Of a DNA stretch of 64,000 nucleotides, positions 1-11,723 are shown in pieces. A program made the position numbers and the translations under genes. Below the pieces are notes generated by a model, which saw only the letters and a list, made by a program, of their open reading frames with translations, ran no database searches and was not told the DNA's origin. Numbering within the stretch: position 1 is the stretch's first letter; each line of letters opens with the position of its first letter. The DNA comes from Thraustochytrium aureum. Lineage: Eukaryota. The stretch spans positions 1 through 64,000 of the forward strand of contig BLSG01000001.1 in NCBI GenBank assembly GCA_012862495.1, read 5' to 3'.

Positions 1-145
1 ACGGCGTGGACGGACCCCGGCCTTCGTGGAGAGCGCCTGCGGGCGGGCCGCGGACGGCCGTGCGTGCGCGCGTGTCTGTGTGCGTGTCTTGCGCGTGCGT
101 GCGTGCGCGCGCGCGGGCGGGCGGGCGGCAAGGAGACGCGGCGCG

Positions 146-1303
146 ATGAAGGGCGGGGTGCTGCTCAAGGTCGCGGTGGCCGTGTTGCTCGCCGTCGCAC
201 AGGTGGCGGCCGTGAAGGTGAGCAAAGGGCAGGACGGGGCGATTGATGCACAGAGCGACAGAGGAGGCGATAGCGAGCTTCACACCCTCGAGATGCGCAA
301 AATGGCGCTCGAGAAGGAGCTGAACGAGCTGAGAACCGACTTGGAAGGTCCCGCCAGGGCGCTCCTCGGTGTGTCGTTCAACGCAACGACGTTCAACGAG
401 CATGCGTACAACGTAATGAGCTGGACGCTGGCTGCTCTTGGCGGAGCGCTGGGCCTCGTGCTGGTCTTTGGCGGGGTGCAGACACCAAAGACGTCCTCGA
501 TGATCGTGATCGGCTACGGCTTTGGAATCATCGCCTTTTCGGTAGTGTGGTTTGGCGTCGCTTTCCCCACCGACGTCTCCTGGTATGTCCCGTTCGCGGC
601 GGCCTACGCGGCCGGGACTGTCCTGTGTCTACTGATGGCGCTGGCGGTGCAGGCGCTGCCGGCGAGCTCCATGTTCACCACGATCCTCCTCGGGGCCTTT
701 TCCTACATGATCGTCGGCATCACGTGGAACACGGCGGGATTTTACAAGCTGGGGCAGCCAGACAAGGGCGCGTGGTACATGTTTTGCATCATGGCCGGCA
801 GCTTCTTCCTTTTCGGGGCCGCGCTGCACATGACGCTGGCGCTCTGCGGCGTTGGAAAGCGGTTCCTGGCAATGGGCGCATTCGCTTTTGTGGGATCCTA
901 TCTAGTAATCAAGATGTGCGGGGTGGCCGCGCTCCAGTATCCGAACGAGTGGGGCACTCTTTACGCCGACCCGCGCACGAGCACCTGGCAATACTATGTC
1001 ATGTTCGGCATGACCTACCTGTGCGCTGGCCTCGCGGTATTGTTTCAGTTTTTCGTCTATCCGATCGGCCCCGACGACGAGTTTGCGGAGGGCGGCGTTC
1101 TTGCCAGCAACCATCGCTCGGCTGCGAAGAGTGCGTCTGCGTCGCAGTCCATGCCGACGCATGCGAGCAGGCGCAGGGACTTGGCGAAGACGCAGACGGC
1201 GCAGCTCGCAGAGCAGCCCGAGTTTGGTTCTGCGTATGCTCCTCCGATGGCGAGCTCGGCACCCTCGCAGCAAGGCGTCGATCGCTACGTGTCACACTTT
1301 TAG
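146..1303 (+). CDS. Multi-pass membrane protein with signal peptide, TMEM198/TM7SF3 (DUF4203)-like
   Basis: ATG at 146. Signal-like MKGGVLLKVAVAVLLAVAQVAA, short coiled coil, about 7 Gly-rich hydrophobic helices (GGALGLVLVFGG...; AFVGSYLVIKMCGV), polar tail, TAG at 1301-1303. Family assignment by resemblance only. Confidence 0.7.
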   Translation: MKGGVLLKVAVAVLLAVAQVAAVKVSKGQDGAIDAQSDRGGDSELHTLEMRKMALEKELNELRTDLEGPARALLGVSFNATTFNEHAYNVMSWTLAALGGALGLVLVFGGVQTPKTSSMIVIGYGFGIIAFSVVWFGVAFPTDVSWYVPFAAAYAAGTVLCLLMALAVQALPASSMFTTILLGAFSYMIVGITWNTAGFYKLGQPDKGAWYMFCIMAGSFFLFGAALHMTLALCGVGKRFLAMGAFAFVGSYLVIKMCGVAALQYPNEWGTLYADPRTSTWQYYVMFGMTYLCAGLAVLFQFFVYPIGPDDEFAEGGVLASNHRSAAKSASASQSMPTHASRRRDLAKTQTAQLAEQPEFGSAYAPPMASSAPSQQGVDRYVSHF

Positions 1304-1657
1304 CGGCATCCGGCGCCGACTGGGATGGACCTGATTTGAATTCTGAACAGCGCTGGGGCGAGGTTGAGCTCGCTCGGCGGGAAAGCGTTACGATACCCCC
1401 TGCTTTGACAAAATGAAACTGCCTTTCTTTACCTGATCGAGCCCATCGACTGCTGCAGACAGGAGAGCAACTGTTGCAGCGAACTCCGCAATGCGGGAAC
1501 GGGCCGGGCCGCGTCGCCTTGGTTTTAAGTGGTGCCTCAATGCAGTGTGCGTTTGTGGGCAACTCAACCACTTTTTTGAGATGTTGAACGTTACGTCACA
1601 ACTCTGCCCATCACGCGAGCCTTGTCGATTCGAAAGAAGCTCGTCGCGGCGTGCGGC

Positions 1658-3330
1658 TTAGGCGATCACGCAGGTGCTGCCTTTCGCTTGCGCGACTGGC
1701 GCCCCGGGAGGGGCCGAAGCGGGTGCTTGCACCGGGGCCGAGCAGGTGCTTGCACCGGGGCCGAAGCAGGTGCTTGCACCGGTGCCTTGGCGCCCGACTT
1801 GTCGCTCGAGTCTAGGCCTCGCACGCTCTTGTGTATCTTGTCAATCTCAGGGCGAGCCGCGGGCACCGCAGTGCCGGCTCGGCAACACGGCGAGCCTGCT
1901 CCTCGCTGCATGCCGCGACAGNNNNNNNNNNNNNNNNNNNNNNNNNNNNNNNNNNNNNNNNNNNNNNNNNNNNNNNNNNNNNNNNNNNNNNNNNNNNNNN
2001 NNNNNNNNNNNNNNNNNNNNNNNNNNNNNNNNNNNNNNNNNNNNNNNNNNNNNNNNNNNNNNNNNNNNNNNNNNNNNNNNNNNNNNNNNNNNNNNNNNNN
2101 NNNNNNNNNNNNNNNNNNNNNNNNNNNNNNNNNNNNNNNNNNNNNNNNNNNNNNNNNNNNNNNNNNNNNNNNNNNNNNNNNNNNNNNNNNNNNNNNNNNN
2201 NNNNNNNNNNNNNNNNNNNNNNNNNNNNNNNNNNNNNNNNNNNNNNNNNNNNNNNNNNNNNNNNNNNNNNNNNNNNNNNNNNNNNNNNNNNNNNNNNNNN
2301 NNNNNNNNNNNNNNNNNNNNNNNNNNNNNNNNNNNNNNNNNNNNNNNNNNNNNNNNNNNNATTTCGCGGTCCGCCGCTTCGGCGTCACGGTCGCTCGCTG
2401 CAGAGCCTGCACGGCGCTGCTGCTCCAGAGTGACTGCCTGCCGCGCCAGCTCAGCGCGCACGGCTCGCTCCGCGGCGTCAAGCTCCTTGTCGCTCTCGGC
2501 CTGCGCTACGCGACGAGCTTGCTCGCCATCGCAGGCCAGCTTGGCGCTGATCTCGCTCAAGCGCCGCTGGCTGCGGGAGCGTGTCTCGTCCTTTTCATCC
2601 TCCATGCGGCGCCGCAGCAGCTCGCCCTCCACCGACAGATCCGCGCTGACTTGGTTCAGTTTTCGCTCCAGCTTTTCGTCCAGCGCATCGAGCTTCTCGG
2701 CAAGAACGCGCTCGGCCTGCTCCTGCTGCACGGCGAGCTCTGCCTGAAGTTGCTGCAGGCGCCGGTCTCGCGCCGCGACGATATCTGCGCTCTTTTCTTC
2801 GAGGACGCGGCGAATCTGCTCCTCGGATGCTGCAGTCTTGGCGACGGTGGCGCTTGCGCGGCGCTCCTCGGCCGTGCGTTGGTCGTGGTCGTGTTGCTCG
2901 TTGGTGCGGCGAGCCTGCTCCGTGGTCGATGCTCGATGGCGGCCTGGATGTTGCTTTCGCGCTCTTGGCTCGCTGCGGCATCGAGAGCGGCGAGCTGGGC
3001 GACGCGCCGCGCCTGTTCGGCGTCAAGCTCGAGCGAGGCACGGCGCTGGTTGTGCTTGCGCTGGAGCTCTTCCTTGGCCTTGGTTGCTTGCATTTCGGCG
3101 ACGTGTGTGGCCTGCTCTTCCTTCACGAGTGCGCCGGCGGCTTTCTGTGCCTGTGCGCGCGTCAGCTGTTCCTTGACCTTGGCCGCTGCGGCTTCAGTGG
3201 CTCGCCTGGCTTGCTCTTCGTCCATGTCCATTGAGGCCCGCCGTTGCGACGACTTGCGCTGGAGCTCCTCCTTGACCACAGCGGCCTGATCAATCGAGTC
3301 CTTGCGCTCGTTTTCCCACTGGCCTTCCAT
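1658..3330 (-). CDS. Repetitive coiled-coil protein with C-terminal CaaX box (gapped, frameshifted)
   Basis: ATG 3330 (MEGQWENERK). Repeated RRAS...EQARR units continue across a frameshift near 2925 to the gap (1922-2360). Past the gap, APVQAPAS repeats; correcting a 1-nt deletion near 1741 gives ...AQAKGSTCVIA-TAA (1658-1660). Joining across the gap is inferred. Confidence 0.6.
1711..1782. repeat. 24-bp tandem repeat, about 3 copies (encodes APVQAPAS on the minus strand)
   Basis: Unit gggccgaagcaggtgcttgcaccg; the middle copy lacks one A. Confidence 0.85.
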
Positions 3331-3363
3331 TTTGGAGCGCCTGCTGAAGCGCTTGCGCCCACC

Positions 3364-3401
3364 GCGCTCGCTCGCTCGCTCGCTCGCTCGCTTGCTTGCT
3401 T
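3364..3401. repeat. (GCTC)n/(GCTT)n microsatellite just upstream of the 3330 start
   Basis: gcgctcgctcgctcgctcgctcgctcgcttgcttgctt read directly. Confidence 0.85.
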
Positions 3402-4582
3402 GTCCGGCGCTTGGCGCGCTCTTGCTGCTAAGAGTACTTCGATAGATGCCTCTGGCGGTCGGTCGCGAGCAGAGTAGCGAGTCTGCTTGCTTGCGAAGCA
3501 GCGGCCACGCAGTCGACCCGGACCGAGATGTAGTCGGATGTGAGGTTGGTATCTTGTGCAGCTCGGGCGCTTCCCCGTGAGGAAGGAAAGCCGGAAGGAA
3601 GGCCAGGCCGTTCGCATCCGCTCTCTACCTACCCCAGGTGACGAGCTCGACGCCTCGTTGCTGACGCCGTGGACGTTGGCTCCCTCCCTCACCTGTCTGT
3701 GTACACGAAATAAGGCGCGAAGCCGTTTCGCCAACCCGTCAACTAGCTAGCACCGTCATTCTTACCTGCCACCAAGCGAGCGCCGCCGCACAGGCAAACC
3801 AGCGCAGCACCAGCGAGCGCACCACCGCGGCCGAGCCAGTGAGACAGCCAGCGCCCGAGCTCGGCGCGGCAGGCCAGAATCCGCCTCGAAACGGCCTGGG
3901 AATCAATCAAAACCAAGCGCTCGGCCCTGGGGTTGGTCGATTGACTCCTTCCTGCCTCACCACGAGAGCAATTCCGGGAAGGACAGCCCAAGACCATCCA
4001 GCCAAGACAGAAGGCAGGCCGCGGCCAGCCAGTGCAGAGCCCACAGAGCCCACAGAGCCGCCCACAGAGCGTGCAGAGCGTTGTTGCTCTTGCCCTCTTC
4101 GCCCAGCCACGGCAACGAATGAAAACATGAAATGAAAACCGCTTCCGTGCCAGCCAGCGTGCTCTACGCTTTCGTTCGTTTTGTTCTTTGCACGAGGACC
4201 ACGGAGGGTAGTGCGGGGTAGGCTGGCAAAGCCTGAAGGCGAAGAGAGACTCCGGAGTTGGGGGTCGCGTTGGAACAGGCTCTCCCTCCCCTCCGCTCCC
4301 GCTCTCGGTTGAACGACTCTGGTGGCAGTGCGGAGCGCCCAGTGCGCGGGAGCAGCGAGGGAGGCGCCGAGGCTGTCCAGGCGGCCACGGGGCTCCGCTT
4401 GCGCGTGGAGCGCGGTTTGCCTTCCACCAACTCTCCCACCGACTTGGTCTGCGCCTCTCCTCCTGCTTGCCTCTCCTCCTGCTTGCCGGCCTGCGGAAAC
4501 GCTCCGGGCGGACCGGTTGCTGCTGCTGCTGCCGACACCGGCCACGGTGCTGCTGGGCAGGCGGCAGGGCCACGCGCTCGGC

Positions 4583-5160
4583 ATGCGGAATCAGGTGGAG
4601 GACGGCGCGCTCGACGGCCAGGAGGTCCTCTTCAAAGAGGCCCGGCTTGATGGCGAGTGGGAGGAGGAGCAGCCGCTCGTCGAAGGACGCGGGGACGGGC
4701 GCGCGGCGGAAGAAGTGGCCGAGGTCACGGTCGCAGAGTCGTCCTGGTCGGTGCAAGTGAGGCACTCAAAGTGGTACGTGGCCCTCACCGTGGCGCAGGT
4801 TTGTATGATTACTGGAATGATCGTGTGGGTGGCGCTCGACCATGCCGCGGTGCGCAACGGGTGGTTTGTGTTCATGGAGCTGGTTGTGACCATATCCATC
4901 CTCTTTGACACGGCGGTGCAGATTCACTACCAAGGCGTTGAACGCTTCTTTTGCAACCGGGCCGATCGACGCGACGAGGACGAAGCGGAGACAGCAGCAG
5001 GAGAGCAGGAGCACGGCAGCCATGCGGTGGCGCAGCAAAGCCCTCCAGGTCAAAGTCACATGCGCAGCAGCAATCAAGAACCACACAGCTCGTCGTATGA
5101 CAGACCTCAGGCCGATGGCCACAGGACACCGGCACCTGCAGTTGCCGAGACAGCGCGAGC
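4583..5160 (+). CDS. Membrane protein with voltage-sensor (S1-S2)-like helices, 3' partial
   Basis: ATG 4583. Acidic N-terminus, helix SKWYVALTVAQVCMITGMIVWVAL, then WFVFMELVVTISILFDTAVQIHYQGVERFF resembling the S2 helix of Ion_trans/VSD domains. Runs into the gap at 5161. Confidence 0.55.
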
Positions 5161-5820
5161 NNNNNNNNNNNNNNNNNNNNNNNNNNNNNNNNNNNNNNNN
5201 NNNNNNNNNNNNNNNNNNNNNNNNNNNNNNNNNNNNNNNNNNNNNNNNNNNNNNNNNNNNNNNNNNNNNNNNNNNNNNNNNNNNNNNNNNNNNNNNNNNN
5301 NNNNNNNNNNNNNNNNNNNNNNNNNNNNNNNNNNNNNNNNNNNNNNNNNNNNNNNNNNNNNGGCTCGGTCAATTGGGAAGAGGATGTTTCGCTCAGTTTG
5401 CTGCTGGTGAGGTACGTCGCCATTTTGGGGTTTTTCCTCGTAAATCACTACCGCTCGGTCTCAATTCAAGGGGGTCTACTGAACGCCTGTGGGGCGCGCG
5501 GGAGCGTCGACGAGGAGTGGGACGTCAAGTTCTGATCCCCCTGCACGCAACCTGCCAGTGGAGCACTCGGCACGATGCTTTCCTGCAGACAAACAGGCAA
5601 GCAGTTCGTTTCGATTGTCATGGCCGACACTGCCAGGGCGGGCGCCGAACGGCCGACTGGGGAAGCAAACACCGACCGGACTCTGATTGTTTGTAAAAGA
5701 AAACCTGCAACTTGTCCTTGTTTCGAAGCGCGATGCCCCACCAACGAATCCGACCCAAATTTGCGCGAGAAAGCTGTTCTGATGCGCACGTTCCGCGCAC
5801 AAGCAGCAAGCGTTGGCCGC

Positions 5821-7094
5821 TCAGGGCTTGGCAAAAAGCAGCGAGGCATTCGTGCCGCCAAACCCAAACGAGTTGGAGAGCGCCGCGCGCACGATGCGCT
5901 GCTCGGCCGCGCCGCGCACCATGTGCATCGCTTCGAGCACGCTGGCGTCGATATCGCTCTCCGCAAGGTTGATCGTGGGAGGGACCACGTCGTTGGCCAC
6001 GCTGAGGATACTAAAAATGGACTCGACTGCGCCAGCTGCACCAAGCAAGTGGCCAATATGGCCCTTGGTCGAGGACACCGCGGGGCGGTGCGCGAAAACC
6101 CGCGAGATAGCTTCGCACTCGACAGCGTCGCCCAGCGGCGTAGACGTAGCGTGCGCGTTGATGTAGTCTACCTCCGAGGCATCGAGACCAGATCTACGGA
6201 GAGCAGCCCGCATGCAATTCGCCGCGCCTTTGCCGTCCTCCGACGGGGCTGTCAGGTGGAAGGCGTCCCCGGAGAGGCCGTAGCCGCGGACCTCGGCGTA
6301 GATGCGCGCCCCACGCTTTTTGGCGCGCTCCATTTCCTCGAGGACCACCACACCAGCTCCCTCGCCCATCACGAAACCGTCGCGGTCCTTGTCGAAGGGC
6401 CGCGACGCAAGGTGAGGCTCGTCGTTGAACTTTGTTGAGAGCGCCTTGAGCCGCGAAAACCCAGCAAACGAGAGGGCGTTCATCGTGGACTCGGAGCCCC
6501 CTGCAACCATGGCGTCTGCGTCGCCGTAAAGAATGAATCTATAAGCGTCACCGATCGAGTGCGCGCCGGTCGCGCACGCCGTGCTGACGCTGTGGTTGGG
6601 CCCTTGGAGGTTGTAGCGGATGCCGACGTGGCCCGCGGCCAGGTTGAGCAGGAGCCGGGGAACGAAAAACGGCGAGAGGCGCCGGATGCCGCGCTCCTCG
6701 ACGAGCTTGTGGGCTGCCACGACCTCGTCGACGCTGGCGCCGATCCCGCTCCCGATCGCGACGCCGGCTAGGGCGGGGTCGAGCCTGCCGCTGAGGATCT
6801 CCTGCTCGAGCCCGCTGTCAGCCACGGCCTCCGCGGCGGCGGTAAGCGCCATCGTGATAAACCCCGGCCCCTGCGACTTTGCGTTGGTACAGCCCCCCTC
6901 GCCTCGGCAGCTTGAGCGAGGAGCGTCGTGTCCACCGTCGCGCCGACCGTGCAAGGCAGCTTGAGCTCCTCTCCAAACGTGACGCTCCGCGTTGCAGCCT
7001 TTCCTTCCAGCAGTGCTCTCCAGGACGCCTCCACGCTGACTCCCAGCGGCGTCACGAGGCCGAGCCCCGTCACAGCCACGCGACGCTGCGCCAT
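5821..7094 (-). CDS. OXSM: Beta-ketoacyl-ACP synthase II (FabF / mitochondrial OXSM-type), one frameshift near 6870
   Basis: MAQRRVAVTGLGLVTPLG; catalytic Cys in STACATGAHSIGDA; RPFDKDRDGFVMGEGAG; His motifs YINAHATSTPLGD and STKGHIGHLLGAAG; SNSFGFGGTNASL. Stand-alone KS with no PKS modules. Confidence 0.92.
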
Positions 7095-8301
7095 CCCGCG
7101 CGCCCAAAATCGCCCAAAATCGCCAACCAAGAANNNNNNNNNNNNNNNNNNNNNNNNNNNNNNNNNNNNNNNNNNNNNNNNNNNNNNNNNNNNNNNNNNN
7201 NNNNNNNNNNNNNNNNNNNNNNNNNNNNNNNNNNNNNNNNNNNNNNNNNNNNNNNNNNNNNNNNNNNNNNNNNNNNNNNNNNNNNNNNGGCCTTCGAGCC
7301 GAAGCCGAACGGACGTCCTGCTGCCAGCGGCGCCGCTCCGCCTCGCGCGTCCCCGCGTCTCCGCAAAGCCGCACTGCCAGAGCCGAGACGACTCCGCCGA
7401 ATCCACAACGATTTGCTGCCTCTTGCTCTATTTAGGGGAACCACCGCGCACTCCCGCGAAGTGCACACCCATAGTGCACGCGTTCTCTTGAATTGCTTTG
7501 TCGCTCACAGCGAACAAAGGACCATTGGCTGGGCACGATCCCATTCGTTGTTCTCTAGGTGCGCTCGAGTTCCGCACAAGCGCCGTGCTTGACCGTTTCG
7601 ACTGCGAAACGGTCATCCGCGCAGAGGGCAGCCGGCTTGCTCGCGTCGTGGCTTTTTTCGGAGCTGGATTGGGCCCGGGTTTGTGCGTTGTGGATGGGGC
7701 GAGTGCCCGAATGGGGCTCTTCGATGGCAGGGCCGCCGGCCGGCTCGCTTCGAGTTGGTCTACCAAGGTCTACTAACTTGCTCGCCTCCGCTTCGCCTGC
7801 CCGCCTCGCGAAGCAGCCAATCTGCGTGGGAGCCCGCCCGTGCCGGAGCAGATAGTCCGCCACTTTCAACGAATACAACGTGTAACGCCATCCATGCTGG
7901 TCTGCCGCCAGCCGCATTTTTTTTCTTCGCGCTTCCTCTCTGTGGCGCGGCGTTACCAGCCAACGTATCTCGGCGCTCGATGCAGGGCCCCGAGCACAAT
8001 CTGCTCTCGGGAAAAGCGGCGAGGCTTTTATTGCGCCTGGTAGTTCAGGCGGAGATGTGCTGCTCTACGATGCGCATTTGCACGTTGAGCGCGTTGACCA
8101 AACTAGCAGCCTGACACTCGCAACAGCAGTCACCAAGCGCGAAGCAGGTCGAGGACGAGCCAGGCAACCAGGCGGGCAGGGCAGGCAGTTCGCGACGGGT
8201 GGCAGGGCAGGCAATACGCAAGGCGAGCAGCACGGCAAGACGACTTGCTTTTCAGTCGGGAGCAGCGCGAGCGGCCGCTTCGAACGAGGTTGCGGGGCAA
8301 G

Positions 8302-8951
8302 ATGAGCTACAAGAAGGTGACGCCCGAGGATGTGCTCCGGTTCAAGGCGCCCACGAAAGGGTTTCTGTGCCCGCTGAGCGCCAACAAGTACGGGATTGAC
8401 TTTCTCAGCTTTCGCATCAAGGACTATGACACCAAGCGCACCATCTTTGACGTGTCGCGCGAAAACACGGCCGGAGTGGCGGCCCCAAGCTCGTTGGCAT
8501 CGCTCGGCGAAGACAGCTACCGCAAAATCCGGTACAACTTTTCCGAGGATGTGCTGCGCACGCCGACCATCTCGACCACGCTCACCTTTGCCGTGGGCGA
8601 CCACGAGGTCGAAGACTTTCGGATGATCGAGCGCCACTACTACAAGGACCAGCTCGTCAAGAGCTACGACTTCACCTTTGGGTTTTGCATTCCGTGCAGC
8701 ACCAACACTTGGGAGGCCGTGTACGCGGTCCCGCTCTTGGATGAGGGACTCATCGAGGAGATGGTGGCCAACCCCTTCGAGACGCGCTCGGACAGCTTTT
8801 ATTTCGTCAATGGCGAGCTCGTCATGCACAACAAGGCAGAGTACAACTACTGCGCAGAGCCCGCGGAGGCAAAGCCGACCGCCGGCGCTCCCAAGGCAGG
8901 CGCCAAGGCCGGCGCCAAGCAGGCCAAGCCAGGCATGCGCTATGCGGCCAA
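8302..8951 (+). CDS. UNC119: UNC-119 (GMP-PDE delta family lipidated-cargo carrier), 3' end in gap
   Basis: VTPEDVL, FLCPLSANKYGIDFLSFRIKD, FRMIERHYYKDQLVKSYDFTFGFCIPCSTNTWE, PFETRSDSFYFVNGELVMHNKAEY; Ala/Lys-rich tail. Confidence 0.95.
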
Positions 8952-9484
8952 NNNNNNNNNNNNNNNNNNNNNNNNNNNNNNNNNNNNNNNNNNNNNNNNN
9001 NNNNNNNNNNNNNNNNNNNNNNNNNNNNNNNNNNNNNNNNNNNNNNNNNNNNNNNNNNNNNNNNNNNNNNNNNNNNNNNNNNNNNNNNNNNNNNNNNNNN
9101 NNNNNNNNNNNNNNNNNNNNNNNNNNNNNNNNNNNNNNNNNNNNNNNNNNNNNNNNNNNNNNNNNNNNNNNNNNNNNNNNNNNNNNNNNNNNNNNNNNNN
9201 NNNNNNNNNNNNNNNNNNNNNNNNNNNNNNNNNNNNNNNNNNNNNNNNNNNNNNNNNNNNNNNNNNNNNNNNNNNNNNNNNNNNNNNNNNNNNNNNNNNN
9301 NNNNNNNNNNNNNNNNNNNNNNNNNNNNNNNNNNNNNNNNNNNNNNNNNNNNNNNNNNNNNNNNNNNNNNNNNNNNNNNNNNNNNNNNNNNNNNNNNNNN
9401 NNNNNNNNNNNNNNNNNNNNNNNNNNNNNNNNNNNNNNNNNNNNNNNNNNNNNNNNNNNNNNNNNNNNNNNNNNNNNNNNNNNN

Positions 9485-10843
9485 GACGGCCGAAACCACG
9501 AGCTGTCCGCTCACGTTGGCGGCGTGGCCAGGGAGCAGTTTCACGTAGGACCTGACGGCCAGAGATGCAATCTGGTCCGCGACGTTCGCTCCAGGGCGCA
9601 GATCCTGTGGCTCGGGCAGGCCTGCCGCGCACGCTAGCATTTCCTCCAGCAGCTCGCTTCGGCACGAGCGCGGCACGAGCCGCTTTCGGTTCCAGGTCAC
9701 AGCAGCCTGCAGACTCGCGGTCGCCTCCGCGGAAAACGTGTTGCCATGCACCCAGAGCGTGTGCAGCGAGCTGGCTCGCACGGCCGCCTCCAAGGCGCCT
9801 GCGATCCCATCGGTTAGGTGGTTGTAGTCAAGATGCAGTTCCTGCAGCGCCGACCCGGGCAGGGCGGCCACCAGCTCGGCCAAGTCGTCGTCTTCGACTC
9901 CGTCGCTTCCAAGGTCGAGGCTCTCCAACGTTTTGCTTTGTCGGACGACCGGGGCTAAAGCTCGAGCCCAGCCAGCGTCGGGACCGTTGCTGTACAGCTC
10001 GACGAGGCGCACGTTTGCTGCGCCGGGCGCGAGGAGAGCCTGCGCCACGGCAAGGGCCCCAGCGCGCCCGATTCCGTTCTTCGCCAGTCCGAGCGTGGTC
10101 ACCAGGAGCGGCGCGGGAGCGCTGAGGATGTATTGGGCGACGATCGCCGCTCCAGCGTCGCCGAGGTGCCGGCCACTGAGGGAGCGCAACTCGTCCGCGT
10201 CGCTGCATGCGCCCCGAAGTGCATTGACGGCAGTGTGGCCAGCTAGCGCCTGCAACGCGCGCTCGCACCCTGGCCCTTGCACGGGCGGTGCAGGAGGACC
10301 CGGGACAGCGCGGGCCGATTCGGCAAGCCTTGCGAGGCTTGCCAAGGCGGTCTCCGAGAGCTTGCTGCCGCTTAGCACAAGCTGGCGCGTCCCGAGCCGC
10401 GCAGCCAGCCGGCAAACGAGTTCAACGCACTCGTCGTCCACGGGCCACTTGCCGAGCTTGACACACCCGTCTTTGCTGCTCGCGAACCGCTCGCGCACTG
10501 TTTGCTCGACCTCCTGCCAGCTTCGCTTGGCCTGGCTGTCGCGCGTCCCGCGCCGGGCTTGGCGCTTGGCTTGGTCCACATTGAGTTTGCGTGCAGTGAA
10601 TGAAAACGGGCCACTCCGGCAGCTCCACGTGGCCGGCTCCCCTGTCTCAAGCTCGCACGTCACGTTCGCCTTCGCGTGAAACCTCGCGCTGCCGGCCAGC
10701 TGCAGCTTTGGCGCTTTATACTCGAGCTGCACGGCCTCCAGGTCCACGGCGAGGACCTGTGCGACAGCTTTGGCAAGGGCTTGCGCGGTCGGTGGCTCCA
10801 CGCCGTGCTCCTCCACGACGCCTTGAATAAGCACCTGCACCAT
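9485..10843 (-). CDS. RNI-like leucine-rich-repeat protein, possibly fused to an ADAR/ADAT1-type adenosine deaminase domain (3' partial)
   Basis: ATG 10843. LRRs LSGRHLGDAGA, LGLAKNGIGRAGA, LESLDLGSDGVEDDD, LQELHLDYNHLTD, LHTLWVHGNTFS. Ends at the gap with VADQIASLAVRSYVKLLPGHAANVSGQLVVSAV. Confidence 0.8.
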
Positions 10844-11723
10844 CGCTCGTCGCGCCTACGGGCCCGGCCGCCGTCTCCGTGGAGGGTTGGGTCGATTCGA
10901 GCGCTCCGTGGTGCCCGCGTTGTCCTGCTGCTCACAGGACTGCCTCAGCCAGCCCAGTGCGTGCGTGGAGGCCACACAATGTGCTCCCATTCCGCTCTGC
11001 GCGGACGGCCTGGCGCGCGGTGCCAGTCGGCGCACTAGCGCGCAAAGGCACCGGCTGGCGGTCGTTGCGCTGGTGGCGGGCGGCGCCCGCCGTTGCGCTG
11101 GACTCTGGTTTTTGTTGTCTCGCGCGCGATGATTGCAAGGGAGGAGGAATGGTTTTGTGACTTTTTTCCGGGGGGATGAAATGTGATGGGTCGCGCGTGG
11201 CGCCGCCACAAGGGACTGGAAACCATGGCATGGCAGCAGACCAGCACCACCGGAGTCCAGCTGAGCAGGCCAGCAATACTGACAAGGTTTCAGGTCAGCA
11301 GACCAGCAACCCGGGCGACCAGCTTTGCCGGACACGGCAGCGCAGGGCACCACAAGGGCCGAGCAGCTACGTCCACCGGAAACCACCACACAGCCGAGCA
11401 GACCCGCGCCACCGGAAACCAGAGAGCCCAGCGACGACTAGGACCAGCGGGAAAGCGGTCAAGCGGGCACGGCGGCTGCACTGCCAGCGCCGCCGGCGAG
11501 GCGACCTAGGGGCTCCTGCCTGACGGCGGACTGGCCACCGTAGACCAAGCAGCCCGCGAGCGGAGTGGCGTCCGAGCTCTTGGGCGGAGCACCTGACTCG
11601 ATCGGGAGAGCGAACAGATCGGCCCCGGCGTTGGTTGTGCCGGTCCCCAGACCATAGAGTACCGGTGCGGCTTGGGAAAGCGTATCAAAGCGGGCGGCAC
11701 GACTGTCGCGGCCTGCAAACAAG

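Noticed and set aside
1711..1782. Short direct repeats as a possible CRISPR array
   Set aside because: Contiguous copies with no spacers, encoding a Pro/Ala linker; eukaryotic context and no cas genes.
5821..7094. KS gene as part of a PUFA synthase or PKS cluster
   Set aside because: Stand-alone type II FabF/OXSM-like enzyme with no neighbouring AT, ACP, KR or DH domains.
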